The translations under genes and the position numbers were made by a program. Shown here piece by piece: positions 47,554-58,606 of a stretch of 64,000 bases of DNA. How positions within the stretch are numbered: position 1 is the stretch's first letter; the number at the start of each line of letters is the position of its first letter. Source of the stretch: Escherichia coli (GTDB lineage Bacteria > Pseudomonadota > Gammaproteobacteria > Enterobacterales > Enterobacteriaceae); assembly GCF_024298765.1 (NCBI RefSeq), contig NZ_CP101212.1; one strand, given 5' to 3'. Under the pieces are notes generated by a model. The model saw only the letters and a list, made by a program, of their open reading frames with translations, did no database searches and had not been told where the DNA came from.

Positions 47554-47801
47554 TGGAGCACCTCAAAAACACCATCATACACTAAATCAGTAAGTTGGCA
47601 GCATCACCGGAACTTCAAAACTGCGCAAAACACGCAAATACGCACAAGAAAGTAGGGCTGCGCTTGGAATTCGGAAAATAAACCACATCAAAACTACTTT
47701 TTAGCCAAATAACGTTTGGGAATCACCAGAATGGTGGGACAACAGCGGTTTTAGTGCCCTAAATCGTACGTTTTCATCCAGTTGCCCCTCAAACCCCATG
47801 T

Positions 47802-48134
47802 TCAAGTCAGAATAGTGGACAGGCGGCCAAGAACTTCGTTCATGATAGTCTCCGGAACCCGTTCGAGTCGTTTTCCGCCCCGTGCTTTCATATCAATTGT
47901 CCGGGGTTGATCGCAACGTACAACACCTGTGGTACGTATGCCAACACCATCCAACGACACCGCAAAGCCGGCAGTGCGGGCAAAATTGCCTCCGCTGGTT
48001 ACGGGCACAACAACAGGCAGGCGGGTCACGCGATTAAAGGCCGCCGGTGTGACAATCAGCACCGGCCGCGTTCCCTGCTGCTCATGACCTGCGGTAGGAT
48101 CAAGCGAGACAAGCCAGATTTCCCCTCTTTCCAT
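47802..48134 (-). CDS. pemK: PemK/Kid (MazF-family) toxin
   Basis: 110 aa from MERGEIWLVSLDPTAGHEQQGTRPVLIV...; track ORF is extended upstream. Confidence 0.85.
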   Translation of the reverse strand: MERGEIWLVSLDPTAGHEQQGTRPVLIVTPAAFNRVTRLPVVVPVTSGGNFARTAGFAVSLDGVGIRTTGVVRCDQPRTIDMKARGGKRLERVPETIMNEVLGRLSTILT

Positions 48135-48135
48135 G

Positions 48136-48393
48136 TCAGATTTCCTCCTGACCAGTCGCCGGTGCATCCAGCCATTCTCGTTCTTCAGCTGATATTTCAG
48201 CATTCGGATCACACTGTGCCAGTAGCTCAGCCAGTGAATATTGCGGGCGTCTGTACGGCTCAACAATCAGCCGGCCATTATCAATGACCATGCCAACTTC
48301 ATTATCTGTGCCCAGAGACAGCGCATTCAGCAGTGCCGGTGGGACGGTCAGCATAACTGAGCCGCCAACCCTCTTCAGTCGGGTGGTATGCAT
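48136..48393 (-). CDS. pemI: PemI/Kis antitoxin
   Basis: 85 aa MHTTRLKRVGGSVMLTVPPALLNALSLG...; adjacent to pemK. Confidence 0.85.
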   Translation of the reverse strand: MHTTRLKRVGGSVMLTVPPALLNALSLGTDNEVGMVIDNGRLIVEPYRRPQYSLAELLAQCDPNAEISAEEREWLDAPATGQEEI

Positions 48394-48485
48394 TCTTCAC
48401 CTCCATAAAAGTTATATTTAAATATAACATCCACTAAAAAAACACACCAGGCTTTAACGCACAATGTTTAATAAAAATATAACTT

Positions 48486-49139
48486 TCAACCAAACAGTAA
48501 ACCCAGCGTGGTTGCTTCCATATGCAGCAATACCGGCAGCAGCAGGCCACCACTTCTGATCCTGGCCACTGATGTAATCAACCCCACCAGGAACAGTTCT
48601 GCCAGTGTCAGCAGGTTCTGATACTGGCTGTGCGCGGCGACGAACAACAACGACGTTATCAGCGCCCCCAGCCACATCGTCCAGCAGTACCGTGAACGGA
48701 AGACGTTCAGCATAATCCCCCGGAACAGCGTTTCCTCATTCAACGGGGCAAGGATAAAGATGGTCAGCAACGTCAGGATCACGTCAGGTATGGACTTATC
48801 GGCAAAAAGTTTCGTCATAAATGGCTCAGCAGGCAGAGCCAGCGCCTTACCGAGCAGAAATACACCGACATACACCACGGCCATCGCACCGACCAGCCAC
48901 GGTACGCCAACGTTGCGCAGCTGACCAACGACCGGTAGCGGAGCTATCCAACGGCGGTATACCAGGAAAACACACAGCAGGTACATCAGAACAGTACCAT
49001 GACTGAAGAACAAATAGTTTTTTCCTGATCCATAAAGCAGAACGGCCTGCTCCATGACAAATCTGGCTCCCCAACTAATGCCCCATGCAGCCAGCATAAC
49101 CAGCATAAACTGCAGATATTGATTACGTGTTTGAATCAT
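48486..49139 (-). CDS. CPBP-family (Abi/CAAX-protease-like) membrane protein at the position of R100 tir
   Basis: 217 aa multi-TM protein with EETLFRG and HSQYQ motifs; lies between ori/repA4 region and pemI as tir does in R100. Confidence 0.55.
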   Translation of the reverse strand: MIQTRNQYLQFMLVMLAAWGISWGARFVMEQAVLLYGSGKNYLFFSHGTVLMYLLCVFLVYRRWIAPLPVVGQLRNVGVPWLVGAMAVVYVGVFLLGKALALPAEPFMTKLFADKSIPDVILTLLTIFILAPLNEETLFRGIMLNVFRSRYCWTMWLGALITSLLFVAAHSQYQNLLTLAELFLVGLITSVARIRSGGLLLPVLLHMEATTLGLLFG

Positions 49140-49850
49140 TGCATCGCCTGTAAATTTTTAACTTGTCCTATTTTTGTCATTACCACGTATATACACATGT
49201 ATAACAATTCAGATATCGTTACCAGGATATGCCGCATCAGCGGCATGGAAGGCGGCACTCTGTTGTTTCATATGATACAGGAGTAAAACCGCCGAAGCCC
49301 GGCGTAAGCCGGTACTGATTGATAGATTTCACCTTACCCATCCCCAGCCCTGCCAGACCATACCCGCTTTCAGCCATGAGAGAGCTTCTGTGCGCGGTCG
49401 GAGTGGTCCCGACGAGGGTTTACCCGAAGTCGGGGCGTATCTCCGCGTTAGCGGGCCGTGAGGGCCGCTTACGAGCGTGTACTGAGAACTTCCAGCGAGA
49501 AGACTGACAGCGATGAAGATGTAGTTACAACATTCATAATTAAAAGCGACTCTGTTCCGGCCCGAAGGGCCGGGGCGGGGCCGCTTTTCAGTTATGAGGG
49601 AGGGGCTTTGTGGTTTCAGTTCTGCGCTGGTTCGGGGTTTTTCTGGAGGTTGGTTTTGTGTGTTGTAACTAAAGTGGCTCCGGTTGGGGCCCGCCGTTTA
49701 CGGTGGGAGGTGCATATCTGTCTGTCCACAGGACAGGCAGTGAATAGGTTTTCTTTTTAAATGAATGTAATTAAGTAGTTTAAAGGAGATATAAACAGGT
49801 GTTTAAAAGATACATTGCACCCTGTAAGGGGTCAGTTTGGATATCGAAAA

Positions 49851-52800
49851 TTATTGTACGTTAAGGCTGTTTTTTGACCTTTCGACTTTAGCTGGTCTTA
49901 GCCGACGAAACTTACCAGAAGCCGGTATCCGGTTGCTTTTCCAGATATAATCACCTGTCAGATTGATGTGTTCCCAGCCCAACGGCGACAAATGCGACAG
50001 CAGTTGCTCGTTGATCTTCACCCCTTTACGCTTCAGGGCATCGACCGCTCTTTCCATATAGACGGTATTCCACAGGGATATGGCAGCCGTCAGCAGCGTC
50101 AGTCCACTGGCGCGATAGCTCTGATTTTCCGGTTTTCTGTCCCTGATTTCTCCCAGTCGGTGCATAAATACCGCACGCGCCAGCGCGTTACGGGCTTCGC
50201 CTTTATTCAGCCCCGCCTGTACCCGCCGACGCAGAGCCGGGTCGCGGAACCAGTCGAGCATAAACAGGGTTCGCTCAATGCGGCCAATTTCTCTCAGTGC
50301 TTTGGCAAGTCCGTTTTGCTTGGGATAGCTGGCAAGCTTTTTCAGCATCAGGGATGCCGTCACGGTTCCCTGCTTTATCGAGGTTGCCAGACGCAGCACT
50401 TCACGCCAGTGGATTTCGATCTCTTTCAGATTCAGGCTGGTCGTTGATATCAGTGACTGAAGCGCCGGGTATTTCTCTGCTTTCCCTTTGATAAACAGTT
50501 TTTTGTCGTGGAGATCCCTGATTCGCGGACAGAACGCAAATCCCAACAGATGCATCAGGGCAAAGACATGATCGGTGAAACCAGCGGTATCGGTGTAATG
50601 TTCCCTGATTTCCAGGTCGCTTTCGTGGTACAGCAAGCCATCGAGAACATGGGTTGAATCCCTGACCCGACTGATTATGCAGGTGTAAAACGGGCTGTAT
50701 TGATCCGAAATATGGGTATAAAACTGACGTCCAGGCTCTTGCCCATATTTCGGGTTAACCTGCCCTGCGTAGCGGCCTGAGCTGCCGGTTCTGAAATTTT
50801 GTCCATCTGATGATGACGTTGTTCCGTCTCCCCAAAATGCCGCCAACGGTCTTTTCCCCTGCGCATTTACCAGCTCTGCAAGAGCGGCTGAATAGGTTTC
50901 GTCACGGATGTACCATGCCTGAATATCTTCGAGTGATGATTTGGTGCTCCCGGGGCAGGCTTCTGCCATTTTGGTCAGGCCAAGATTGATGCCATCCGCA
51001 AGAATGGTGGTGAGGAGCAAGCGGGTATCGGGACGGGTAATGTCATTTTTTATATGCGAAAAATGTCGGGTAAACGTCGTCCAGCTGTTTACCTCATCGA
51101 GAATTTCCGTGATTTTAGGTCGCGGTAGCATGCTGTAAACCAGCTCTGCCAGCGGTGAAACCTGCGCCGGAACGCAGTTATCCAGCGGAGAGACTTTTAC
51201 GCCCCTGTCGGATATTTCCACATCGGGCAGTTCACCAAGGGCAGCCATGGCATTGACCTCTTCAAGTCTGGACTGAAGCAGGGTCATACGGCTGGTAATG
51301 TACTCATGATAATCAGCAGATACGGGCAGTGGCAGTGCCGGTGTGAGTTTGTCAAAGTCCTTCTCGGGTATGAGGTAATCATCAAAATTTTTGTAGCGGC
51401 GCGAGCCTTTAACCCAGATATCCCCGGAGCGCAACGCCCCCTTAAGCTCGCTGAGTGCACAAAACTCATAGTACTGCCGGTCAATACCCACAGGTGTAAT
51501 CACCACCTTGCGCCAGCTTTCAGGGACAAACTCAAGCGGCGCTGCCGCCGGAACTTTACGTGACTGCTTCCGGTACATATCCTTGATCACAACCAGTGCA
51601 TCAGCCAGAGGTTGCGCTGCCGGGGTTGCGACTAACTGTAAAGCGGACAACATGCGTGGGGCATATTTCCGTAATGTGCTGTATTTCTCGGTAATAATAT
51701 GCAGCGGGTCAAAATTATTTTTTCTGGCGAGATGGCGTGTTTCATCCAGACTGGCGACAAATTCAGCCCATGGGAGTATGTTTTCTATTGCGAGCCAGGG
51801 ATCGCCACCGGAATCACGGGCATCAGACAGCGCCTGACCGACATCGATGTACTGCCTCAGTTTTGACTGGATCAGCTTTCCGGTCTGCTGAAGGCGCTCA
51901 GCCTGTGTTCGTTTGGCTTTGCTGAAAAGACTATTCAGCATTCGCTCATGCAGCTCAATCACTTCGTCTGTCAGTGTGGCTCTGGCTTCTTCCAGCACGC
52001 ACACCAGGATCGCATGACGCCGGGCAGCTGAAAATCGGGTCAAATCCCGGCTACTCATCTTTCGGCCTTCCCGCGCCAGTTTCAGCAACCGGTTCTGGTG
52101 AATGGTACGATCTATACCTTCAGGTAATGCCAGCGATTCAATGCTGCTGAGCCGATCAAGATGTTGCAGCACGTTCTTACCATTGATTTTACCCGGCGGT
52201 TGCAGAAGCCATGTCAGCCTGGAAGGCTGATTATCTGATGACTCAAGTAAATGATCCAGGGCATCCCTGTGAGCCGGAGTTAACGGGGCATTCAGGGTCT
52301 GAAATACGATTTTATCGCCGCCTGCCATGACTTCAGCACAGGTACGCTCCACGACATCAATCGCGGGGATTATCACGTTGTTCTGCCGGAGATAGACAAG
52401 TAACTCTTCGGCTAGGAGAATGCCTTTATCGGTGCGCGTCGCCATCGATAACAGGTGCGTAATACAGTCCTGCTGTATTTTGCCGGTGAACGCCTTTACG
52501 CCAAGATAGCGGTACAGTTCGGTTAAATGCTCACGCCGGGTCGTATCCCGGCCGGAAAGGTAAGCAGGCCAGAGATCCCCGGTAAGCTTTAGCCTGCTGG
52601 CGATATGCTTCAGCAGCGCATCAGAGGGAGAGATTTTTTTATCCGGGGCAAAGCCGACATTTTTCAGATAGCAAAGAAGGACGGCAAAACCAAAACGGCT
52701 GGCGGGTTTACGGTGAGCACTGATAAGCGCCAGATCATGCTCACTGAAATAGGCCATTCGGGTCAGCGTTAACTCATCGTCCGGTAATGCCAGTAATGAT

Positions 52801-52880
52801 TCTCTTTCCGACAGAGAAAGAATCTGCCTCCTTGCCATATAGTTTTCCTCATAAATTATTCGATGCGTTATTTTTAACAA
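49851..52880 (-). CDS. tnpA: Tn3-family transposase TnpA
   Basis: 1009 aa; C-terminal region with GDGTTSSSDGQ...HYTDTAGFTDHVFAL motifs; 3' end runs into the IR. Confidence 0.85.
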   Translation of the reverse strand: MLKITHRIIYEENYMARRQILSLSERESLLALPDDELTLTRMAYFSEHDLALISAHRKPASRFGFAVLLCYLKNVGFAPDKKISPSDALLKHIASRLKLTGDLWPAYLSGRDTTRREHLTELYRYLGVKAFTGKIQQDCITHLLSMATRTDKGILLAEELLVYLRQNNVIIPAIDVVERTCAEVMAGGDKIVFQTLNAPLTPAHRDALDHLLESSDNQPSRLTWLLQPPGKINGKNVLQHLDRLSSIESLALPEGIDRTIHQNRLLKLAREGRKMSSRDLTRFSAARRHAILVCVLEEARATLTDEVIELHERMLNSLFSKAKRTQAERLQQTGKLIQSKLRQYIDVGQALSDARDSGGDPWLAIENILPWAEFVASLDETRHLARKNNFDPLHIITEKYSTLRKYAPRMLSALQLVATPAAQPLADALVVIKDMYRKQSRKVPAAAPLEFVPESWRKVVITPVGIDRQYYEFCALSELKGALRSGDIWVKGSRRYKNFDDYLIPEKDFDKLTPALPLPVSADYHEYITSRMTLLQSRLEEVNAMAALGELPDVEISDRGVKVSPLDNCVPAQVSPLAELVYSMLPRPKITEILDEVNSWTTFTRHFSHIKNDITRPDTRLLLTTILADGINLGLTKMAEACPGSTKSSLEDIQAWYIRDETYSAALAELVNAQGKRPLAAFWGDGTTSSSDGQNFRTGSSGRYAGQVNPKYGQEPGRQFYTHISDQYSPFYTCIISRVRDSTHVLDGLLYHESDLEIREHYTDTAGFTDHVFALMHLLGFAFCPRIRDLHDKKLFIKGKAEKYPALQSLISTTSLNLKEIEIHWREVLRLATSIKQGTVTASLMLKKLASYPKQNGLAKALREIGRIERTLFMLDWFRDPALRRRVQAGLNKGEARNALARAVFMHRLGEIRDRKPENQSYRASGLTLLTAAISLWNTVYMERAVDALKRKGVKINEQLLSHLSPLGWEHINLTGDYIWKSNRIPASGKFRRLRPAKVERSKNSLNVQ

Positions 52881-53099
52881 AAATGGTTATCGCATAAGGG
52901 TATACCCTGACACCATAATCTAAACGTGACGGCACACAATGAACGACATAGCCTATATGCGATAGATTAAATGCAATAACCTAAATGCGGTAATGCGGTG
53001 AAAAAATGTTCATCAGCACTTATTTAAGGGCATAGACGGAAGATCAGTTCACCGATCGGGCAAAAGAGATGCTGGAGCAGTTTGTTTAGGAGCGGGGGC

Positions 53100-53410
53100 A
53101 TAAAATAGCCAGTTACTACCGGGAGAATATCAGCGGTACAAAACTTGACCGACCGGAACTGGGTCGCTTACTGATGGACAGTCACCGCAATGATATTTTG
53201 CTGGTCGAGCAAATTGACCGCCAGCGCCAAAAGCAGGGAGTTGAACTCGCACATACGCTGGGTAAATATCAGGGAAAACAGGTCGCTCAGGAACGGCATC
53301 AAAAGGTACTTTACTACCGGCAGGTCAAGAAAGAAACGGCAGATGCAACAGGGTACAGCACCTCCCAGATATGCCACATTCAGGCACTGTACCGACAATC
53401 AGAATCATGA
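53100..53410 (+). pseudogene. Serine resolvase (tnpR) remnant
   Basis: Fragmentary translation ...DSHRNDILLVEQIDRQRQ... resembles resolvase core but no intact ORF. Confidence 0.35.
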
Positions 53411-53537
53411 GACTTTGGTTAAGCAGGTATGCAGAGCAGAATTTATAATCTATTTCATTCAGACTGATTAAATGGATTACAGAAGCTAAAGGGTCTTCTT
53501 TGTTCAACATGAAACCAGAAGACCCTTACTATTATTA

Positions 53538-54373
53538 TTAAAAAAGCAATTGGGTCAGATACCCCATAAGTATGGCCATACCCAGGATTACTGTCAGAAA
53601 AGCGACTATCATAGGCATTCTGAACATTGATTTAAGCAGTATTACTTCTGTCAAACTCGCTCCAGCACTACCGATTATCAAGGCCATTAATGCCCCCAGG
53701 CCCATTCCTTTAGTCATCAGCACTGATGCAAGTGGTATCACTGCCTCTGCGCGGATATACAACGGAATACCAACAACTGCACTCAGCGGTATGGCTAAGG
53801 GATTATCTGCTCCGGCATGAGCTGCAATCCACTCTGAAGGGATAAAGCCATAAATAAATGAACCTATTAATACACTTAACAAAAGATAAGGCAGAACATC
53901 CTTAAACTGCTGTAAGGCATCTTTCATAGCTAACTTTATTGGGCCAGAGGTGGTATTCGTTGTGAGATTCACATTGCCCAGATTCTCGCTGCTGCAACAG
54001 CTAACAGCTGGTTGTTCAGATGATATTGATGAACAACACGCTGATACGTTCTGCTCGTTCTTTACCGTCCTTAAGTTAATTATGGGGTTCGCTGATGAAG
54101 TACAGCAACTCGTTTTTAAAGGCAATTGAGTCGAGCTAGTGCTGCAACAACTGGAACCCGCCGACGTTTTTACCGAAGCTTCGGAATCATCGCATTTCGT
54201 GGTGCAACCACTTGATGCTGAGTTTTTGTGATCAACAATATGACGTTCAAATCCTAGTAAATCCAATACGATACTGGCAAGGACTGAGACACCGGCAGCG
54301 ATGATCGCGTACAACAAAGTTACTTTCCAGCCAAAGGTAACCCACATTAACCCCACGATAATGGGATTAAGCG
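53538..54373 (-). pseudogene. ArsP-like permease, C-terminal part (downstream of IS66 insertion)
   Basis: Continues in frame from the N-terminal part across the 8-bp duplication (…SPLLN|PIIVGLMWVTFG…); contains a Cys/Ser-rich loop with repeated vicinal CC. Confidence 0.55.
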
Positions 54374-54402
54374 TAAGCGGCTCGTCAGAACCGTATTGAT
54401 AT

Positions 54403-55974
54403 TTACTGAGAGCTCAGATCAACTTTCCAGGGCAACAGATCGCGTACCCGGTTTGCCGGCCAGTCCTGGATATGTTCAATGACGTAACGCAGCCACTTTT
54501 CTGGCTCCACATTGTTCAGACGGCATGTGCCGATCAGCGAGTACAACACCGCCGCATGTTCACCACCGCTGTCGGAACCCGCGAACATCCAGTTTTTCCG
54601 GCCTACGGCCACTCCCCGTAAGGCGTTCTCTGCGATGTTGTTGTCGATTTCCACCCAGCCATTACTGCAGTACACGTTCAGTGCATCCCACTGTTTCAGC
54701 AGGTATGCGAACGCTTTTGCCGTATCTGAGTGACGCGACAGTGTTTTCATCTGTTGCTGTATCCAGTCATACAGTGACTGCATCAGTGGCGCGGCTCTGG
54801 CTTTTCTTGCCGCCAGACGCTGTTCTGCTGAACAGCCCCGGACCTCTGCCTCGATGGCATACAGTTCACCGATACGCTGCAGGGCTTCCGTGGTGATGTC
54901 GGTGGGCGCTCTTGCATGCACATCGTGGATTTTTCTCCGGGCATGAGCCATACACGCGGCTTCCGTTATTCTGCCGGATTCGTATAACACCCGGTAACCA
55001 CCGTAAGCATCGGCCTGAAGCACACCGCTGTAACCGGCCAGGTGATTTTGTGGATGGATACCTTTCCGGTCCGGACTGTACGCGAACCAGACCGCCGGGG
55101 GCATCTGTGAACCGGCGTTGCGATCATCACGGACGTAGACCCACAGCCGGGCTGTCCGGGTTTTACCGCTGCCCGGCTCCTGGACCGGGACGGGGATATC
55201 ATCGGCATGGACTTTACCGGGCATCAGCACATACTGGCGCAGGACGTCATACAGCGGCTCCAGCAGTTCAGCAACAGCACCTGTCCAGCGCCCCAGTGTG
55301 GCACGGCTCAGCTCCACGCCCTGGCGACGGTATATTTCTGACTGGCGGTATAACGGCAGATGGTCTGCATATTTCCCGGTGACAACATGGGCCAGAAGCC
55401 CCGCTCCGGCATAACTGCGTGCAATGGGTTTTGAAGGCACCGGTGCCTGCACGATATGGTCGCACCGGCAACAGGCCTGTTTCGGACGTTGTGTTTCGAT
55501 AACCTTAAAGGCACTGCTGATAAGCTCCAGTTGCTCTGACACATCACATCCCAGTGGACTGAGTTCACCACCACAGGCCGGACAGCATTCCTCTTCCGGC
55601 CGGATGACCCGGGGTTCACGGGGAAGTGAAGCCGGTAACGGTTTACGGGCTGAAGACTGGCGCAGGGGGGATGGCAGTACCGGGTCATATTGCTCACCCA
55701 GCGTTTCTGCCATTTCTTCCTGAAGTGCGCTGATTCGCTCCTGTGCTTCCTGTATCTGCCGTTCGGTTTTTGCGCGAAGTTTTTCTGAGCTTTTACCGAA
55801 CTGCATACGCTGCAGTTTCGCAACCAGCGCCTTCAGCCGGTTGATTTCGGAAGCATAAGCCGCCACCCGCTGTGAGAGCAGGCGGTTGTATTCGGCCATC
55901 TGGCGGATGGTGTCCTGTTGCGTCTGCAACAGTGCCTGCAGGCGGGCATTCTCATGAGCAAGTGAGGTGTCCAT
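54403..55974 (-). CDS. IS66-family transposase TnpC
   Basis: 523 aa with zinc-finger-like CPACGG...CRCDH and DDE domain. Confidence 0.85.
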   Translation of the reverse strand: MDTSLAHENARLQALLQTQQDTIRQMAEYNRLLSQRVAAYASEINRLKALVAKLQRMQFGKSSEKLRAKTERQIQEAQERISALQEEMAETLGEQYDPVLPSPLRQSSARKPLPASLPREPRVIRPEEECCPACGGELSPLGCDVSEQLELISSAFKVIETQRPKQACCRCDHIVQAPVPSKPIARSYAGAGLLAHVVTGKYADHLPLYRQSEIYRRQGVELSRATLGRWTGAVAELLEPLYDVLRQYVLMPGKVHADDIPVPVQEPGSGKTRTARLWVYVRDDRNAGSQMPPAVWFAYSPDRKGIHPQNHLAGYSGVLQADAYGGYRVLYESGRITEAACMAHARRKIHDVHARAPTDITTEALQRIGELYAIEAEVRGCSAEQRLAARKARAAPLMQSLYDWIQQQMKTLSRHSDTAKAFAYLLKQWDALNVYCSNGWVEIDNNIAENALRGVAVGRKNWMFAGSDSGGEHAAVLYSLIGTCRLNNVEPEKWLRYVIEHIQDWPANRVRDLLPWKVDLSSQ

Positions 55975-55993
55975 ATCCTCACTTTACAACGGG

Positions 55994-56341
55994 TTATATA
56001 CGGATTCCAGCGCGTTCCGTTCGTTTCGGGTGCTTCCAGTCGATGCCCTCGAGAAGCATGGATAACTGAGCCGGAGTAAGGTGCACCTTGCCGTCACGGG
56101 TGACTGGCCAGACGAAGCGGCCCCGCTCCAGGCGTTTGGTGAAGAGGCACAGTCCGTCACTGTCAGCCCACAACACTTTTATCTGGTCACCCCGGCGTCC
56201 GCGGAAGATGAACAGGTGTCCGGAGAACGGGTCATCCTTCAGGACGTTCTGAACTTTTGAGGCCAGGCCGTTAAAGCCATTTCGCATATCGGTGATACCT
56301 GCAACCAGCCAGATACGCGAACCTGCAGGGAGAGATATCAT
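55994..56341 (-). CDS. IS66-family TnpB
   Basis: 115 aa. Confidence 0.8.
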   Translation of the reverse strand: MISLPAGSRIWLVAGITDMRNGFNGLASKVQNVLKDDPFSGHLFIFRGRRGDQIKVLWADSDGLCLFTKRLERGRFVWPVTRDGKVHLTPAQLSMLLEGIDWKHPKRTERAGIRI

Positions 56342-57018
56342 CAGTGGCTGCTCCCTTTTATTTCGCGGATAAGTGTCTGTAATAACGCCGGCGTCAGTTT
56401 ACCTTTAAGCCTGAGAGTTCCGGCCGGCAGAACCAGCTCACAACACAGACTGTCGGACGGTGTATTTATCTGCTCTGGTTCCTGTGCGGGGGCCGGGATT
56501 TTATTATCCGGCTCCGGCGTTAACGTCACGGGAAGCAGTGCCGGCATATTTTTTCCGGAAGGCAGCAGGCCACCTTTCCGGTATTGATGGCGCCAGTTGA
56601 AGAGCAGGTTATCGTTGATTCCGTTTTCCCGGGCGATCTGCGCCACACAGGCTCCGGGCTGCAGTGACTGCTCCACTAAGGCGATTTTAAACTCATAAGG
56701 GAAGTTGGGCCGCCGGGGACGTTTTTTTACCACGGGGGCTTCGGATATAACGGTGCTTTCAGGACGTACGACTGGTACCGTGGAAAATTGTCCGTAAAGG
56801 CAGGCATCAAGTTCCTGCTCCGACATGCCTGCGGGCAAAGGCCACGAAAGGCCAGCTCTCCGAAAGCGCACGAACATACTACAAACTGTTGATTTTGATA
56901 CACCCAGGCGACGCCCGGCCACAACCCGGGGTAAATGTTCTTCAAAGTGAAGACGTAAAGCTTCAGTGATCCAGGTCCGGTGTTTCATACGATAGTGTCC
57001 ATTAAAAATGATGGACAT
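56341..57018 (-). CDS. IS66-family accessory protein TnpA (orf1)
   Basis: 225 aa, HTH-containing. Confidence 0.7.
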   Translation of the reverse strand: MSIIFNGHYRMKHRTWITEALRLHFEEHLPRVVAGRRLGVSKSTVCSMFVRFRRAGLSWPLPAGMSEQELDACLYGQFSTVPVVRPESTVISEAPVVKKRPRRPNFPYEFKIALVEQSLQPGACVAQIARENGINDNLLFNWRHQYRKGGLLPSGKNMPALLPVTLTPEPDNKIPAPAQEPEQINTPSDSLCCELVLPAGTLRLKGKLTPALLQTLIREIKGSSH

Positions 57019-57071
57019 TATTTTTGTAGAGCCGGAGGAAACAGACCAGACGGTTTAAATGAGCCGGTTAC

Positions 57072-57396
57072 GATTAAGCAACGGTGAAACAAACAAAAAA
57101 GTGAGTGTCGGACCAAACCCTGCTTTCGCCGACAACAACCCTCGTAGCATTGGAATTGTTGAGCAACTACAGAAAGGGGTAACGGCTCCCAACAACGAGG
57201 CCAGCAGGTAGCCTTTTCCTTTTTTCGCCCCTATCAATTGCTGGATTTTATGGTCCGGGACCTTTTGCCTTATCAGGCTCACACCGGCACTGATGACAAT
57301 AAACAGCAAAGATAGCTCGACGGCCAAAAACAAAAACATCTCTGCGGCATCTTGCAGCATAGAAATCCAACTATTCATACTAAACCCTCTTGACAA
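57072..57396 (-). pseudogene. ArsP-like permease, N-terminal part with TPFCSCSTIP motif
   Basis: 108 codons ending at the IS66 junction. Confidence 0.55.
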
Positions 57397-57483
57397 AATC
57401 TACGTTTCTAGAATAATCGAAATATAATTCTGGTCAAGATATTTCTGGTATTATCGAAATATCATTAGACAGAGGGTTGTCAC

Positions 57484-57807
57484 ATGCAACTGGAAGAAGT
57501 AGCTAAAGCACTAAAAGAGCTGGGTCACCCGACCCGTTTGTTCATATTCAAACATCTTGTAAAAGCTGGAGAACAAGGTTTGCCTGTAGGTGAATTGCAA
57601 AAGCAGCTTGGCATTCCCTCATCAACGTTAAGTCATCATATTTCAGCCCTGGTATCAGTAGGGCTCGTCACACAAAACCGGGAGAGTCGAACGCTCATGT
57701 GTGTCTCTCAATACGAAATACTGGAAGCTATCATCGAATTCTTACGTGAAGAGTGCTGTGTAAACAGTAAAACAGATGTTGCGGAACACGCTGGCAAAAA
57801 TGGATAA
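57484..57807 (+). CDS. ArsR/SmtB-family metalloregulatory repressor
   Basis: 107 aa winged-HTH protein divergent from the permease gene; dyad tcgaaatat...atatttc in the shared intergenic region. Confidence 0.7.
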   Translation: MQLEEVAKALKELGHPTRLFIFKHLVKAGEQGLPVGELQKQLGIPSSTLSHHISALVSVGLVTQNRESRTLMCVSQYEILEAIIEFLREECCVNSKTDVAEHAGKNG

Positions 57808-57908
57808 GTAACCGGAAAACTCATAACTGTCATGATTGACGAAAGCTGCATCGGGTGATGCTGCCAACTTACTGATTTAGTGTATGATGGTGTTTTTGAG
57901 GTGCTCCA

Positions 57909-58184
57909 GTGGCTTCTGTTTCTATCAGCTGTCCCTCCTGTTCAGCTACTGACGGGGTGGTGCGTAACGGCAAAAGCACTGCCGGACACCAGCGCTATCT
58001 CTGCTCTCACTGCCGTAAAACATGGCAACTGCAGTTCACTTACACCGCTTCTCAACCCGGTACGCACCAGAAAATCATTGATATGGCCATGAATGGCGTT
58101 GGATGCCGGGCAACTGCCCGCATTATGGGCGTTGGCCTCAACACGGTTTTACGTCACTTAAAAAACTCAGGCCGCAGTCGGTAA
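57909..58184 (+). CDS. insA: IS1 InsA
   Basis: 91 aa. Confidence 0.85.
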   Translation: MASVSISCPSCSATDGVVRNGKSTAGHQRYLCSHCRKTWQLQFTYTASQPGTHQKIIDMAMNGVGCRATARIMGVGLNTVLRHLKNSGRSR

Positions 58185-58606
58185 CCTCGCGCATACAACC
58201 GGGCAGTGATGTGATTGTCTGCGCTGAAATGGACGAACAGTGGGGCTACGTCGGTGCTAAATCACGTCAGCGCTGGCTGTTTTACGCGTATGACAGGATA
58301 CGGAGGACAGTTGTGGCGCACGTTTTCGGTGAACGCACTCTGGCCACACTGGAGCGTCTTCTGAGCCTGCTGTCACCCTTTGACGTGGTGATATGGATGA
58401 CGGATGGCTGGCCGCTGTATGAATCCCGCCTGAAGGGAAAGCTGCACGTAATCAGCAAGCGATATACGCAGCGAATTGAGCGGCATAACCTGAATCTGAG
58501 GCAGCACCTGGCACGGCTGGGACGGAAGTCGCTGTCGTTCTCAAAATCGGTGGAGCTGCATGACAAAGTCATCGGGCATTATCTGAACATAAAACACTAT
58601 CAATAA
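58103..58606 (+). CDS. insB: IS1 InsB
   Basis: 167 aa. Confidence 0.85.
   Translation: MPGNCPHYGRWPQHGFTSLKKLRPQSVTSRIQPGSDVIVCAEMDEQWGYVGAKSRQRWLFYAYDRIRRTVVAHVFGERTLATLERLLSLLSPFDVVIWMTDGWPLYESRLKGKLHVISKRYTQRIERHNLNLRQHLARLGRKSLSFSKSVELHDKVIGHYLNIKHYQ

Larger units (their letters stand above)
46841..47608 (-). mobile_element. IS1 (768 bp)
   Basis: Ends ggtaatgactccaacttattgatagtg... and ...taagttggcagcatcacc. Confidence 0.9.
54374..57071 (-). mobile_element. IS66-family element with 8-bp target duplication GATTAAGC
   Basis: Ends begin gtaagcggctcgtcag... ; GATTAAGC at 54366..54373 and 57072..57079; three-gene tnpA-tnpB-tnpC layout. Confidence 0.8.

Noticed and set aside
49319-49760. Short ORFs in the region between the tir-like gene and the Tn3-family transposon
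   Set aside because: This is the GC-rich, hairpin-dense region downstream of the IncFII origin (repA4-like area); open frames are probably incidental.
53168-53510. Overlapping short ORFs on both strands at the resolvase remnant
   Set aside because: Fragmentary frames of a decayed tnpR; none is full length.
54512-55823. Antisense ORFs (up to 171 aa) within the IS66 tnpC gene
   Set aside because: Opposite strand of a motif-supported transposase; the same pattern recurs in the second IS66 copy.
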